From NCBI GenBank assembly GCA_964424005.1, contig CAYRHA010000001.1, forward strand, positions 1 to 24,601: DNA of 24,601 nucleotides, read 5' to 3'. A program made the translations under genes and the position numbers. This document shows, piece after piece, positions 1 through 9,247 of the stretch (positions are counted from its first letter, which is position 1; each line of letters starts with the position of its first letter). The notes under the pieces were generated by a model. It searched no databases, was not told where the DNA came from, and saw only the letters and a list, made by a program, of their open reading frames with translations. Source of the stretch: an uncultured Muribaculaceae bacterium (GTDB lineage Bacteria; Bacillota_I; Bacilli_A; RF39; UBA660).

Positions 1-15
1 ATTCACCTCTAGTTT

Positions 16-44
16 ATTTTCTCAAATTACTATCATTTTGTCAA
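16..44 (-). promoter_or_regulatory. Possible sigma70 promoter for a minus-strand gene starting just left of the window
   Basis: TTGACA (44-39), 17 bp, GAAAAT (21-16, non-consensus first base); SD-like AGAGGTGA at 10-3 on the minus strand. Confidence 0.4.
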
Positions 45-75
45 CTGCATTGTCACTACTAGAGACATTAATTGG

Positions 76-104
76 TTGGAATTTATTATCATTTGTTGTA
101 TAAT
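76..104 (+). promoter_or_regulatory. sigma70-type promoter of recU-ponA
   Basis: TTGGAA (76-81), 17 bp, TATAAT (99-104); SD AGGTGA at 111-116. Confidence 0.65.
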
Positions 105-121
105 TGCATTAGGTGATTAAG

Positions 122-685
122 ATGAGATATCCAAACAATATTAAAAAAGAAAAAACACATAATTGTACTGATCACTCAAATAGAGGATTATCATTGGAAA
201 ATGACCTAAATATCACAAATGAATACTATAGAAGTAAGGAAATTGCTATTGTATATAAGAAACCAACACCAATAAAATGTGTTGATGTAAAAACCATTAA
301 CAAAAAAACAATAATAACAAAGGCATTCTATGAAATGCCATCTACAACAGATTATAATGGGATTTACAAAGAAAAATACATTGATTTTGAAGCAAAAGAA
401 GTTAAAAGTAGTAAGTCTTTCGCTCTTACAAACATACATAGTCATCAATTAAAACACTTATTTGATATAGTGAAACAAGGTGGAATATCATTTATAATTG
501 TTAGATTCTGCAAATGTGATGAAACATATATATTAATGAGTAATATATTAAAAGAATTTGTAGAAAATAATAAAAAATCAATATCAATTGAAGAATTTAG
601 AAATTATGGTTGTCTTGTGAAAAATAACTATAACCCTAGATTGGATTATATAAATGCAGTTAATAATTTGTATTTTGGAGGATAA
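122..685 (+). CDS. recU: Holliday junction resolvase RecU
   Basis: MRYPN start, NRGLSLE, KKPTP, STTDYNG-x(5)-IDFEAKE nuclease motifs; upstream of ponA as in Bacillus. ATG at 122 preferred to GTG at 113 because the latter lies inside the SD. Confidence 0.95.
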   Translation: MRYPNNIKKEKTHNCTDHSNRGLSLENDLNITNEYYRSKEIAIVYKKPTPIKCVDVKTINKKTIITKAFYEMPSTTDYNGIYKEKYIDFEAKEVKSSKSFALTNIHSHQLKHLFDIVKQGGISFIIVRFCKCDETYILMSNILKEFVENNKKSISIEEFRNYGCLVKNNYNPRLDYINAVNNLYFGG

Positions 686-686
686 G

Positions 687-3572
687 ATGAATTTTAAGAA
701 GATAGTAAATACAATTGGCAGCAATATATTCTTAACAGCTGCTCCAGTTGCATTATTAGCACTAATACTAGGAATAATAATGTTTGGTATTGTTAAGAGT
801 TTATTAGTAGCTGCAACAATAATGCTAGTTCCAACAATAATATTATTAGGAGGTAAAATAATGAAAAGAAGAAATAAAAAAGGCAAAGTAGAAGGTAAAA
901 AGAGAAGTAAATTTAATAAAGTAATAAATACTATATTGAATATTATCCTAATAGGTATTATTGTATGTATTGTTGGTGCTGCTGCATTCGCAATATATAT
1001 AGTTAAAAACGCTCCTGATTTTGATCCGGATAATCTTTATCAAAAAGAAGCAAGTATTATATATGATTCAGATGGAGAATTAATAGCAAAATTAGGTTTA
1101 GAAATAAGAGACGTAATAACATATGATGACTTACCACAAGTATTAATAGATGCAATTATTGCAACAGAAGATTCTAGATATTATCAACATAATGGATTTG
1201 ATTTTCCTAGATTCTTAAAAGCTGCTTTAGGCCAAATATTAGGTCAAAATGCTGGAGGAGCATCTACAATATCAATGCAAGTTGTAAGAAATAACTTTAC
1301 TGAGTCTACAGTATCACTAAAAAGAAAGTTTACTGATATATATTTAGCAATATTTAAATTAGAAAAAAATTATTCTAAAGAAGAAATATTAGAATTTTAT
1401 GTAAATGCTCCGTTTCTTGGTGCATATTCATATGGTGTAGCAGAAGCATGCAGAAGCTACTTTGGAAAAGAAATACAAGACATTAACTTATCTGAAGCAG
1501 CATTAATAGCTGGTTTATTCCAAGCGCCATCAGCATATGATCCATATGTAAATCCAGATAAAGCATATGAAAGAAGAGCTGTTGTATTGAATCTTATGGT
1601 TAGACACGGATATATAAATGATGAACAAAGAGATATAGCAAATAGCATTGCTATTGAAGATATGTTAGTTGGGCAAGGAAGCAGACAAAATGCTTATCAA
1701 TCATTTATTGATACTGTTGTTACTGAAGTAGAAGAAAAAACAGGTTTAAGTCCTTATTCAACTTCAATGGAAATATACTCAACAATGGATAGAGAAAGAC
1801 AAGATTATATTAATAGTGTATTTGATGGAACTAAATGGAAATGGGAAAACGACCTTGTTCAAGCAGGTGTAGCTGTTACAAATGTTAAAACCGGTGCAAT
1901 AGTTGCACTAGGTGGTGGAAGAAATTTAGTAGGAGAAAGAGTATATAATTTTGCAACTATGATAAAAAGACAACCGGGTTCCACAGCTAAGCCAATATAT
2001 GATTATGGTCCTGGTGTTGAATATGAAAACTGGTCTACGTACACTACTTTCCTAGATGATTTACCAGCTAGTTATTCAAATGGAATACAAATACAAGACT
2101 GGGATGGAAAATACATGGGACTACTTACAATGAGAGAGTCTCTTGGATTATCTAGAAATATACCAGCATTAAAAGCCTTTAAAATGATAAATAATGCAAA
2201 AATATTAGAATTTGCCACTAAATTAGGAATGGAACCTGAAATCGAAGGCGGAAAAGTACATGAAGCTCATGCTGTTGGAGCTTACAATGGTACTAATCCT
2301 CTACAAATGGCAGCTGCTTACGCTGCATTTGGAAATAGTGGATATTATATTGAACCTTATTGTGTAACAAAAATAGTATATAGGGAGACAAATGAAACAG
2401 TAGAATTTACCGCTACAAAGGTAAAAGCAATGTCAGATGCTACTGCATATATAGTATCTAATGCCTTAATATGGGGTGTTAATTCTGGTATAGCAAGTCC
2501 TGTTAGAGTTAGTGGATATCAAGTTGCTGCTAAATCTGGTACAACAGACTTTGCAAACGAAACAATTGAGGCGTTTGATTTACCTAGTAATGCAGTAAAT
2601 GATTTATGGACAGTTTCTTATACAAATGATTACGCTATGGGATTGTGGTATGGATATGATAAAATTAGCAACGAATATGTAAGTACATTAGCAACAGCTG
2701 CCACAAAGAGCAAATTAGCAAAACAAATATTTACACAAATGATAAAAGGATCTTCAAAGACATTTAAAATACCAAATAGTGTTGTTGCAGTTAGTATTGA
2801 AAAAGAAACAATACCTGCTAAATTACCAAGTGCATATACACCAGAAGAAATGATAACTACAGAATACTATAAAAGGGGAACTGAGCCTACTACTATTTCA
2901 ACTAGATACAAGCAATTAACTGATGTTGTTAATTTAAACTTAACAGAAAACACATCAACAGTTACATTGTCTTGGGATGCAATTGAAACACCAGCAGATT
3001 TCACCTTTGAATACTTATCAAATTATTTTGAAAATCACTACGGAACAAATTGGGAAGACTATTTAGAGGAGCAATTATTAATTAATAGTGTTGAACTTGG
3101 AGTAATTGGTTATGATATATATTATCAAGATGAAGCGGGGGTCAATACATATATTTCAAGTACAACAGATACAACAGTTACTTTAGATAAACCAAGTACT
3201 TACGGTCCAATTACATATGTGATTAAAACTGCTTGGTCAATATTTAAAACTAATGCGTCTGTTGGTGCTGAAGTGTTCTTTGAAAATGAGGAACCAGATA
3301 TAGTAATTATTACAGTCAATAATCCAGACAATGTTTTAATAGTTGGCACTCCATATACTGAATATTCAGTTACAGTCTATGTTAACGGGGTTGCTACTAC
3401 AACAACGCCAAGTGACAAGACTATTACTAATGTATTAACAGATTTACCAGTACAAGAAAGTACATTTACTAATAATGTTGGTACTTATTCAGTTAAATAT
3501 ACTGTATCCCATGAAGGACAATTGTTCTATGCTTATAGAACTGTAACAGTAAATGCTTCTTCAGAAGGATAA
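687..3572 (+). CDS. ponA: Class A penicillin-binding protein PBP1A (GT51 + transpeptidase) with C-terminal FN3-like and Ig-like domains
   Basis: GT motifs EDSRYYQHNG, GASTISMQ, RKFTD, KEEILEFYVN; TP motifs STAK, SRN, KSG; SD GGAGG at 677-681 before ATG 687; second in-frame SD/ATG at 848-863. Confidence 0.93.
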   Translation: MNFKKIVNTIGSNIFLTAAPVALLALILGIIMFGIVKSLLVAATIMLVPTIILLGGKIMKRRNKKGKVEGKKRSKFNKVINTILNIILIGIIVCIVGAAAFAIYIVKNAPDFDPDNLYQKEASIIYDSDGELIAKLGLEIRDVITYDDLPQVLIDAIIATEDSRYYQHNGFDFPRFLKAALGQILGQNAGGASTISMQVVRNNFTESTVSLKRKFTDIYLAIFKLEKNYSKEEILEFYVNAPFLGAYSYGVAEACRSYFGKEIQDINLSEAALIAGLFQAPSAYDPYVNPDKAYERRAVVLNLMVRHGYINDEQRDIANSIAIEDMLVGQGSRQNAYQSFIDTVVTEVEEKTGLSPYSTSMEIYSTMDRERQDYINSVFDGTKWKWENDLVQAGVAVTNVKTGAIVALGGGRNLVGERVYNFATMIKRQPGSTAKPIYDYGPGVEYENWSTYTTFLDDLPASYSNGIQIQDWDGKYMGLLTMRESLGLSRNIPALKAFKMINNAKILEFATKLGMEPEIEGGKVHEAHAVGAYNGTNPLQMAAAYAAFGNSGYYIEPYCVTKIVYRETNETVEFTATKVKAMSDATAYIVSNALIWGVNSGIASPVRVSGYQVAAKSGTTDFANETIEAFDLPSNAVNDLWTVSYTNDYAMGLWYGYDKISNEYVSTLATAATKSKLAKQIFTQMIKGSSKTFKIPNSVVAVSIEKETIPAKLPSAYTPEEMITTEYYKRGTEPTTISTRYKQLTDVVNLNLTENTSTVTLSWDAIETPADFTFEYLSNYFENHYGTNWEDYLEEQLLINSVELGVIGYDIYYQDEAGVNTYISSTTDTTVTLDKPSTYGPITYVIKTAWSIFKTNASVGAEVFFENEEPDIVIITVNNPDNVLIVGTPYTEYSVTVYVNGVATTTTPSDKTITNVLTDLPVQESTFTNNVGTYSVKYTVSHEGQLFYAYRTVTVNASSEG

Positions 3573-3575
3573 AAT

Positions 3576-3607
3576 AAAAGAAGTGATTCAATATAATCGC
3601 TTCTTTT
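3576..3607. terminator. Bidirectional intrinsic terminator between ponA and nth
   Basis: AAAAGAAGTGATT-caatat-AATCGCTTCTTTT (one G:U pair), A/T runs on both sides. Confidence 0.8.
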
Positions 3608-4208
3608 TATATACACAAATATTATTTAATTTACAATCAGTGCATTTAGGAGATCTTGCTGTACACTTATATCTACCAAACAATACTAACTGCATGTGAA
3701 GTTTAATTAACTTATTTTTTGAAAAAATATTAACCAATTTCTTTTCTATTACCAATACATTATCTTTCTCCGCTACTATCCCTAACCTCTTTGATATTCT
3801 CATAATATGTGTATCAACTGGCATACATGGTTCTTCATATAATTGAGATAGTACTACATTTGCTGTCTTTCTACCTACTCCATTTAATTTAGTTAGATCT
3901 TTCATAGTATTAGGTACTTTATAGTTATATATATTAACCACATCATTTGCTATGCTTTTTATATATACAGCTTTCTTCTTATACATTCCTAATGGTCTTA
4001 ATATCTTCTCTAAATCCTCTACTCTTGCTTTAGAAAGAGTATTAATATTATATTTGTCAAATAATACTTTTATTACTTTATTTACCTTTTTATCAGTACA
4101 TTGAGCACTTAGAACTACTGCTATTAGAAATTCAAAATCATTTGAACATTCTAACTCAGACTTAGCATTTGGATATAACTCTTCCAAATATTCAATAACA
4201 TTATTCAT
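3588..4208 (-). CDS. nth: Endonuclease III (HhH-GPD, 4Fe-4S)
   Basis: SAQCTD, HhH LNGVGRKTANVV, VDTH, C-terminal CTARSPKCTDCKLNNIC (Cx6Cx2Cx5C). Confidence 0.95.
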   Translation of the reverse strand: MNNVIEYLEELYPNAKSELECSNDFEFLIAVVLSAQCTDKKVNKVIKVLFDKYNINTLSKARVEDLEKILRPLGMYKKKAVYIKSIANDVVNIYNYKVPNTMKDLTKLNGVGRKTANVVLSQLYEEPCMPVDTHIMRISKRLGIVAEKDNVLVIEKKLVNIFSKNKLIKLHMQLVLFGRYKCTARSPKCTDCKLNNICVYKKKRLY

Positions 4209-4848
4209 TATTATTTAGCCAATCATAATCTGGAACATCAGTATTTTCTTCTTTCTTTGAAGAATATTCTTTTTTATTGCTTACTATTTGTTCTTTGCTA
4301 TTAATACCTTTCTTGTTCCATTCAAAAAGTATTTTATCTATATATCTAAAACTACTAACTCCAGAGAATACTGCTTCTTTTAAAGCTTCTATTATTATTT
4401 CTTCTTTATATCCACTACTAAGCCATCCACTTATCAATTCATATTCCATTGGAGATAAAACTCTACCTAATTCTTTCTCAAATAAAGAATATATACTGTT
4501 GTCTTTCTCTTTATCTTCATTGTCGATGAAATTAATAAATATTTTACTAAATAGAGGATCTAAAAATATATACTCTTCTAATTTACTTTCATTGTTTTTA
4601 TCTACTCTGATTTCTAATAGTCCTTTATTCTTTAAGTCATTGATACAAGTCATAATATTTTTCTTTTCTATATTCATATCTTCTGATATTTTTTTATAAT
4701 TGCATATTAAAGGCTGTTCTTTATTTATTAAATATATTAATACTATTAATTCTTTATCAGTTATTCCTAATGTAGAATAATTTGAAAATAAATATGCAGG
4801 AATAACATAGTTTTTAATCTTTAATAATTCCATGAACTTCTTATTCAT
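4201..4848 (-). CDS. dnaD: DnaD primosomal replication protein
   Basis: N-terminal wHTH-like region, DnaD domain LSPMEYELISGW...EALKEAV...RYIDKILFEW; SD AAGGAGG; 8 bp overlap with nth as in the Bacillus dnaD-nth order. Confidence 0.88.
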   Translation of the reverse strand: MNKKFMELLKIKNYVIPAYLFSNYSTLGITDKELIVLIYLINKEQPLICNYKKISEDMNIEKKNIMTCINDLKNKGLLEIRVDKNNESKLEEYIFLDPLFSKIFINFIDNEDKEKDNSIYSLFEKELGRVLSPMEYELISGWLSSGYKEEIIIEALKEAVFSGVSSFRYIDKILFEWNKKGINSKEQIVSNKKEYSSKKEENTDVPDYDWLNNNE

Positions 4849-4859
4849 AAAGTCCTCCT

Positions 4860-5945
4860 TTAATGATTATTCAATATATACTTTATTATTTCTTCTTTCT
4901 TATTTACTATATTACCATATACAATTTCTTTTTCAAGATTATTATATATCTCTTTTAACCAACCATTCGGTTCTTTATTAAGAGCTTTGCATATCTCATC
5001 AGTTTGTATATCAATATCCTTTTTTGACCTAATAGGAAGCTTCTTTTCTACTTTTACAAGCACTTTTCTACTAATACCTAAAATATCTGCTGCAATTTGA
5101 CATATATATAATCCATAGTTGTATAAATCCATTATATTTACTTCTCCGTTTTTAACAATTAAATTTATTTTTTCAATATAATCTCTTTCAAGACGAGAAA
5201 ACGAATATATATCTAATATATTTAATTGAGACATCATACCTAGTACATCCTCAGTTATAATCATTTTATCTAAATTACTTAGTTCTAAGTATTTATCTAA
5301 TTCTAAATCTAATAACAATTTTATTCCATATCTAATATTTTTACTTGCAAATATCTTAGTTAATTCTTCTTTCTTTCTTTGATAGGACAATTGACTAATA
5401 TATTGCATATTATTTCTTATACCATTCACAGTAGATTCATCTAATTTAAAATCTAATTGAGTTGCAAAACGAATCGCTCTAAGCATTCTTAGAGGATCAT
5501 CTTTAAATTTCTCATCTATATTTCCAACAACTCTTATAACTCTGTTATTTATGTCTGATTTGCCATTTAAAAGATCTATTATTTTACCAGAACTATTCAT
5601 ACATAGAGTGTTAACGGTAAAATCTCTTCTTTGAATATCTTCTTCAAAATTATTACTATATTCTATTTCTATTGGTTTTCTATCTTCATATTTTATTTCT
5701 TTTCTAAATGTAGTTATTTCAAATCTAATACCTTTATATACTAAAGTTACTGATCCATACCTTTCTTTAGGCAATACTGCTGATTTAAATATATTAATTA
5801 AGTCTTTTGGCTTTGCACTAGTACATATATCAACATCATGTGACTCTTTTTTCATACAGTAATCCCTTACAAAACCACCTACAATATATGCTTCAAAACC
5901 TGAAGCTTCGATCATCTTAAGTAATTCAAGACTTGTTTTTTGCAT
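4860..5945 (-). CDS. cca: CCA-adding tRNA nucleotidyltransferase (class II)
   Basis: VGGFVRD, DVDI, RRDFTVN, DDPLRMLRAIRF; start placed at MQKT (5945) after SD GGTGA. Confidence 0.92.
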   Translation of the reverse strand: MQKTSLELLKMIEASGFEAYIVGGFVRDYCMKKESHDVDICTSAKPKDLINIFKSAVLPKERYGSVTLVYKGIRFEITTFRKEIKYEDRKPIEIEYSNNFEEDIQRRDFTVNTLCMNSSGKIIDLLNGKSDINNRVIRVVGNIDEKFKDDPLRMLRAIRFATQLDFKLDESTVNGIRNNMQYISQLSYQRKKEELTKIFASKNIRYGIKLLLDLELDKYLELSNLDKMIITEDVLGMMSQLNILDIYSFSRLERDYIEKINLIVKNGEVNIMDLYNYGLYICQIAADILGISRKVLVKVEKKLPIRSKKDIDIQTDEICKALNKEPNGWLKEIYNNLEKEIVYGNIVNKKEEIIKYILNNH

Positions 5946-5960
5946 AAGCTCACCAAGATG

Positions 5961-5969
5961 ATTATACCA
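5961..5969 (-). promoter_or_regulatory. Extended -10 promoter of cca
   Basis: TGG-TATAAT on the minus strand about 16 nt before the start; no good -35. Confidence 0.5.
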
Positions 5970-5980
5970 AATATAAGGAC

Positions 5981-6014
5981 AAAAAAAAAGATAAAGCATT
6001 AAGCTTTATCTTTT
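5981..6014 (-). terminator. Intrinsic terminator of hup
   Basis: AAAAGATAAAGC-attaa-GCTTTATCTTTT perfect stem followed by a long T run on the minus strand. Confidence 0.85.
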
Positions 6015-6017
6015 ATA

Positions 6018-6290
6018 TTAGTTAACTGCTGCTTTAAGCTTGCTTCCAACTTTAAATGATACTGCATTTCTTGCAGGGATCTTAACAGCTGCTCCAGTTT
6101 GTGGATTACGAGCTGTACGAGCTTCTCTTCTCTTAGAAGCGAAAGTTCCAAATCCTACAAGAGTTACTTTCTTGTGTGACTTAAGTCCTTTTGTTACCCC
6201 TTCCATGAATGCATCTAGTGCACGTGCTGAGTCAGCTTTTGTTAATCCTGACTTTCCAGCCATGAATTCAACTAGTTCTGCTTTTGACAT
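6018..6290 (-). CDS. hup: HU nucleoid-associated DNA-binding protein
   Basis: 90 aa; KAEL, VTLVGFGTF, RNPQTG, KLKAAV signature. Confidence 0.96.
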   Translation of the reverse strand: MSKAELVEFMAGKSGLTKADSARALDAFMEGVTKGLKSHKKVTLVGFGTFASKRREARTARNPQTGAAVKIPARNAVSFKVGSKLKAAVN

Positions 6291-6482
6291 AAATATTACC
6301 TCTACCCTTTCTTAAGCATAAGAATGTATATGCTTATATTTATAAAATAGCATTTTTGCTATATAAAATCAAGTATTTTTGCGTATTTCGTGCAAAAAAG
6401 TGCTATTTATCCTTATATTTACTGTGTAAATCTTCATTATTGTACACTTATATCAATTTGAATACATATTTTATTTTATATT

Positions 6483-6491
6483 TGATATAAT
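6483..6491 (+). promoter_or_regulatory. Extended -10 promoter of the PMM/PGM gene
   Basis: TGA-TATAAT, then SD GGTGA and ATG at 6509. Confidence 0.5.
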
Positions 6492-6508
6492 TATTATGGT
6501 GATAATAT

Positions 6509-7870
6509 ATGAAATTCAATCAAAATGTATATAGACCTTATGATATAAGAGGAATATATGAGAAAGATATAGATAATAACTTTGCATATACTCTTGGTAT
6601 GGCTTTTGGTAGTATATTGAAAGAACAAAATAAAAATACTACAATTGTAGGTTATGATAACAGATATTCTTCTAAAGATTTAAAAGAATATCTTATTAAA
6701 GGTTTAAATGATGTAGGTATAAATGTAATCAATATTGGATTAGTAACAACACCAATGTATTATTTTTCTTGGCGCTTATTAAACATAACATCAGGGATAA
6801 TGGTTACTGCTTCTCATAATCCAAAAGAATACAATGGATTTAAGCTGTCATTTAATGGCATTAACAATGCTTATGGGCAACAAATACAAGAACTAAGGGA
6901 ATATATGGAAAAGGATCATTCTGTTCAAGAGAACAAGGGAAATACTACTATTAGAGATATTAAAGATGAGTATATAAGTTTTCTGTTAAAGAATATTAAA
7001 ATTAATAGAAAATTAAAGGTAGTAATAGATGCAGGTAATGGTACATCTTCAATAATAATAAAAGATATATTTGATAAATTAAACGTTGATTACATACCAA
7101 TATTTATAGATTCTAATCCAAACTTTCCAAATCACCATCCAGATCCAAGTGTACCTGAAAATATGAAACAATTAAGTAATAAAGTAATAGAAACAAATGC
7201 AGATGCAGGCTTTGCATATGATGGAGATGCAGATAGAATTGGAATGGTAGATGAAAACGGGAAAATAGTACCAGTAGATCATATAATGATAATAATTTTA
7301 AGAAATATCATAGGAAACTTAAGTGATAAGAGAATATTATTTGATGTTAAATGCTCAAGAAGCCTTAAAGATGAAATAGTAAAGCTAGGTGGTACACCTA
7401 TTGAATATAGAACTGGGAACTCATATTTAAGAGCAAAAATAGTAACAGATAACATATTGTTTGGTGGAGAATTATCAGGACATATATTCTTAAATGATAA
7501 ATTCCCCGGATATGATGATGGTATATATGCCTCTTTAAGAATAATAGAAATATTGAGCAATACTGACAAAAAAGTTAGTGAATTACTAGAAGGAATTAAT
7601 AAATACTTTTCTACTCCAGAATTAAAGATACATGCAGATGATAATATTAAATATGAAATAGTAGATAATATTAAAAAATATTGTGATCAAAGAAAATATA
7701 AATATTTAGATATTGATGGTTGCAAAGCAATATTTGAAGATGGTTTTGCATTAATAAGAGTATCCAATACCGGTCCAAATATAACAATGAGATTTGAAGC
7801 AAAGACAGAACAAAGATTAAATGAAATACAAAATGAATTTGAAACAAAATTAAAAGAGATGTTAAATTAA
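6509..7870 (+). CDS. Phosphomannomutase/phosphoglucomutase (alpha-D-phosphohexomutase, AlgC-like)
   Basis: YDIRG N-terminus, phospho-Ser loop TASHNP, metal loop DGDADR, sugar loop GELSGH, RVSNT. Confidence 0.9.
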   Translation: MKFNQNVYRPYDIRGIYEKDIDNNFAYTLGMAFGSILKEQNKNTTIVGYDNRYSSKDLKEYLIKGLNDVGINVINIGLVTTPMYYFSWRLLNITSGIMVTASHNPKEYNGFKLSFNGINNAYGQQIQELREYMEKDHSVQENKGNTTIRDIKDEYISFLLKNIKINRKLKVVIDAGNGTSSIIIKDIFDKLNVDYIPIFIDSNPNFPNHHPDPSVPENMKQLSNKVIETNADAGFAYDGDADRIGMVDENGKIVPVDHIMIIILRNIIGNLSDKRILFDVKCSRSLKDEIVKLGGTPIEYRTGNSYLRAKIVTDNILFGGELSGHIFLNDKFPGYDDGIYASLRIIEILSNTDKKVSELLEGINKYFSTPELKIHADDNIKYEIVDNIKKYCDQRKYKYLDIDGCKAIFEDGFALIRVSNTGPNITMRFEAKTEQRLNEIQNEFETKLKEMLN

Positions 7871-7880
7871 CATCTCTTTT
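7852..7880. terminator. Bidirectional terminator between PMM/PGM and der
   Basis: AAAAGAGATGTT-aaatt-AACATCTCTTTT perfect 12 bp stem overlapping the stop at 7868-7870. Confidence 0.8.
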
Positions 7881-9183
7881 ATTCACCCCTGTTTTTAAAT
7901 ACCATAGTTATAGGTGTACCCTCTAAATCAATTGATTCTCTTATTTTATTTTCTATATATCTTTCATAAGAAAAATGAACTAGTTTTTTATCATTAACTT
8001 GAAATAAAAACTTTGGTGGAGTTTTATCTATTTGATTAACATAAAGTATCTTTAACTTCCTTCCTTTATAAGAAGGAGGAGAGTTTAGTAAAACTGCATC
8101 TCCAATAATATTGTTAATAATACTTGTCTTAACTTCCTTATGCCAATTATCATATACTTTAATTACTTCTGGCATTAGAGTATGTATTCTCTTCTTAGTT
8201 AAAGCAGATAAGAACACTATTGGGGCATATTCCACAAATGGGAAATGATTTCTTAATTCTTTCTTAAAAGTAATCATATCTTCTTTTGCTTTATCCCATT
8301 TATTAACTACTAAAACTAAAGCTTTACCACTTTCTATTGCATACCCAGCAATATGCTTATCCTCTTCAATTATACCTTCATCTGCATTTATAATTGTTAG
8401 ACATACATCACTTCTATCTATTGCTTTCATTGATCTCAATATACTATATCTCTCAATATTTTCATAGACTTTTCCTTGTTTTTTTATACCAGCAGTATCT
8501 ATAACTACAAATTGTCTATTTTCATATGTAAAAGGAGTATCAATTGAATCTCTAGTAGTACCAGATATCTCAGATACAATTGATCTTTCTTCATTTAATA
8601 TACAATTTACTAAACTGCTTTTACCAACATTAGGTCTTCCAATTACACAAAACTTAACTACATCTTCACTATAGCTTTCATCCTTAAAGTCTTTAAAATC
8701 TTTAATAATATGTTCCAATAGCTCATATATACCAACATTGTGTTCTGCACTTACATACATATAATCATTAAATCCAAGTTCATAGAAATCATACATATTA
8801 TCTTTTGCTTCTTTATTATCAAACTTATTAACAGCAACCACTATATTCTTGTTACTTTTTCTCAATATATCTCTTATTAATATATCATCTGAAGTAATGC
8901 CATCTTTTCCATCCACAACAAATACAATTGTATCGGCTTCATCGATAGCAAGTTCTGCTTGTACTCTAATATCTTCGCTAAATACATCTTTATTTAATGT
9001 TATTCCGCCTGTATCAATTAAATGAAATTTAATACCCTTATGCTCAACCATTCCATATATTCTATCTCTAGTAACTCCGGGAGTATCTTCTATTATAGAT
9101 ATTCTCTTACCTACTAACTTGTTGAACAATGTAGATTTCCCAACATTTGGTCTACCAATTAATGCTACAACAGGAATCTTCAT
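7879..9183 (-). CDS. der: Ribosome biogenesis GTPase Der (EngA)
   Basis: Two tandem G domains (GRPNVGKS/DTGG/NKFD and GRPNVGKSS/DTAG/NKWD) plus KH-like C-terminus; SD GGAGGTG. Confidence 0.97.
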   Translation of the reverse strand: MKIPVVALIGRPNVGKSTLFNKLVGKRISIIEDTPGVTRDRIYGMVEHKGIKFHLIDTGGITLNKDVFSEDIRVQAELAIDEADTIVFVVDGKDGITSDDILIRDILRKSNKNIVVAVNKFDNKEAKDNMYDFYELGFNDYMYVSAEHNVGIYELLEHIIKDFKDFKDESYSEDVVKFCVIGRPNVGKSSLVNCILNEERSIVSEISGTTRDSIDTPFTYENRQFVVIDTAGIKKQGKVYENIERYSILRSMKAIDRSDVCLTIINADEGIIEEDKHIAGYAIESGKALVLVVNKWDKAKEDMITFKKELRNHFPFVEYAPIVFLSALTKKRIHTLMPEVIKVYDNWHKEVKTSIINNIIGDAVLLNSPPSYKGRKLKILYVNQIDKTPPKFLFQVNDKKLVHFSYERYIENKIRESIDLEGTPITMVFKNRGE

Positions 9184-9207
9184 ATTAACACCTCCAGAAT
9201 CATTAGA

Positions 9208-9216
9208 ATTATACCA
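9208..9216 (-). promoter_or_regulatory. Extended -10 promoter of der
   Basis: TGG-TATAAT on the minus strand. Confidence 0.5.
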
Positions 9217-9218
9217 TA

Positions 9219-9247
9219 AAAAAAGAAAAAGATGAACTTAGTCATCT
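9219..9247 (-). terminator. Probable terminator of engB
   Basis: AGATGA-acttag-TCATCT short stem followed by a long T-rich run on the minus strand. Confidence 0.5.

Noticed and set aside
654-686. ponA start at 654 as in the ORF track
   Set aside because: Lies inside recU with no SD; ATG 687 has a strong SD. Track starts for recU, cca, ackA, DUF1292, yutD and uppP were trimmed for similar reasons
6018-6290. Higher GC and distinct codon usage in hup as a sign of horizontal transfer
   Set aside because: Expected codon bias of a very highly expressed gene, and the context is native
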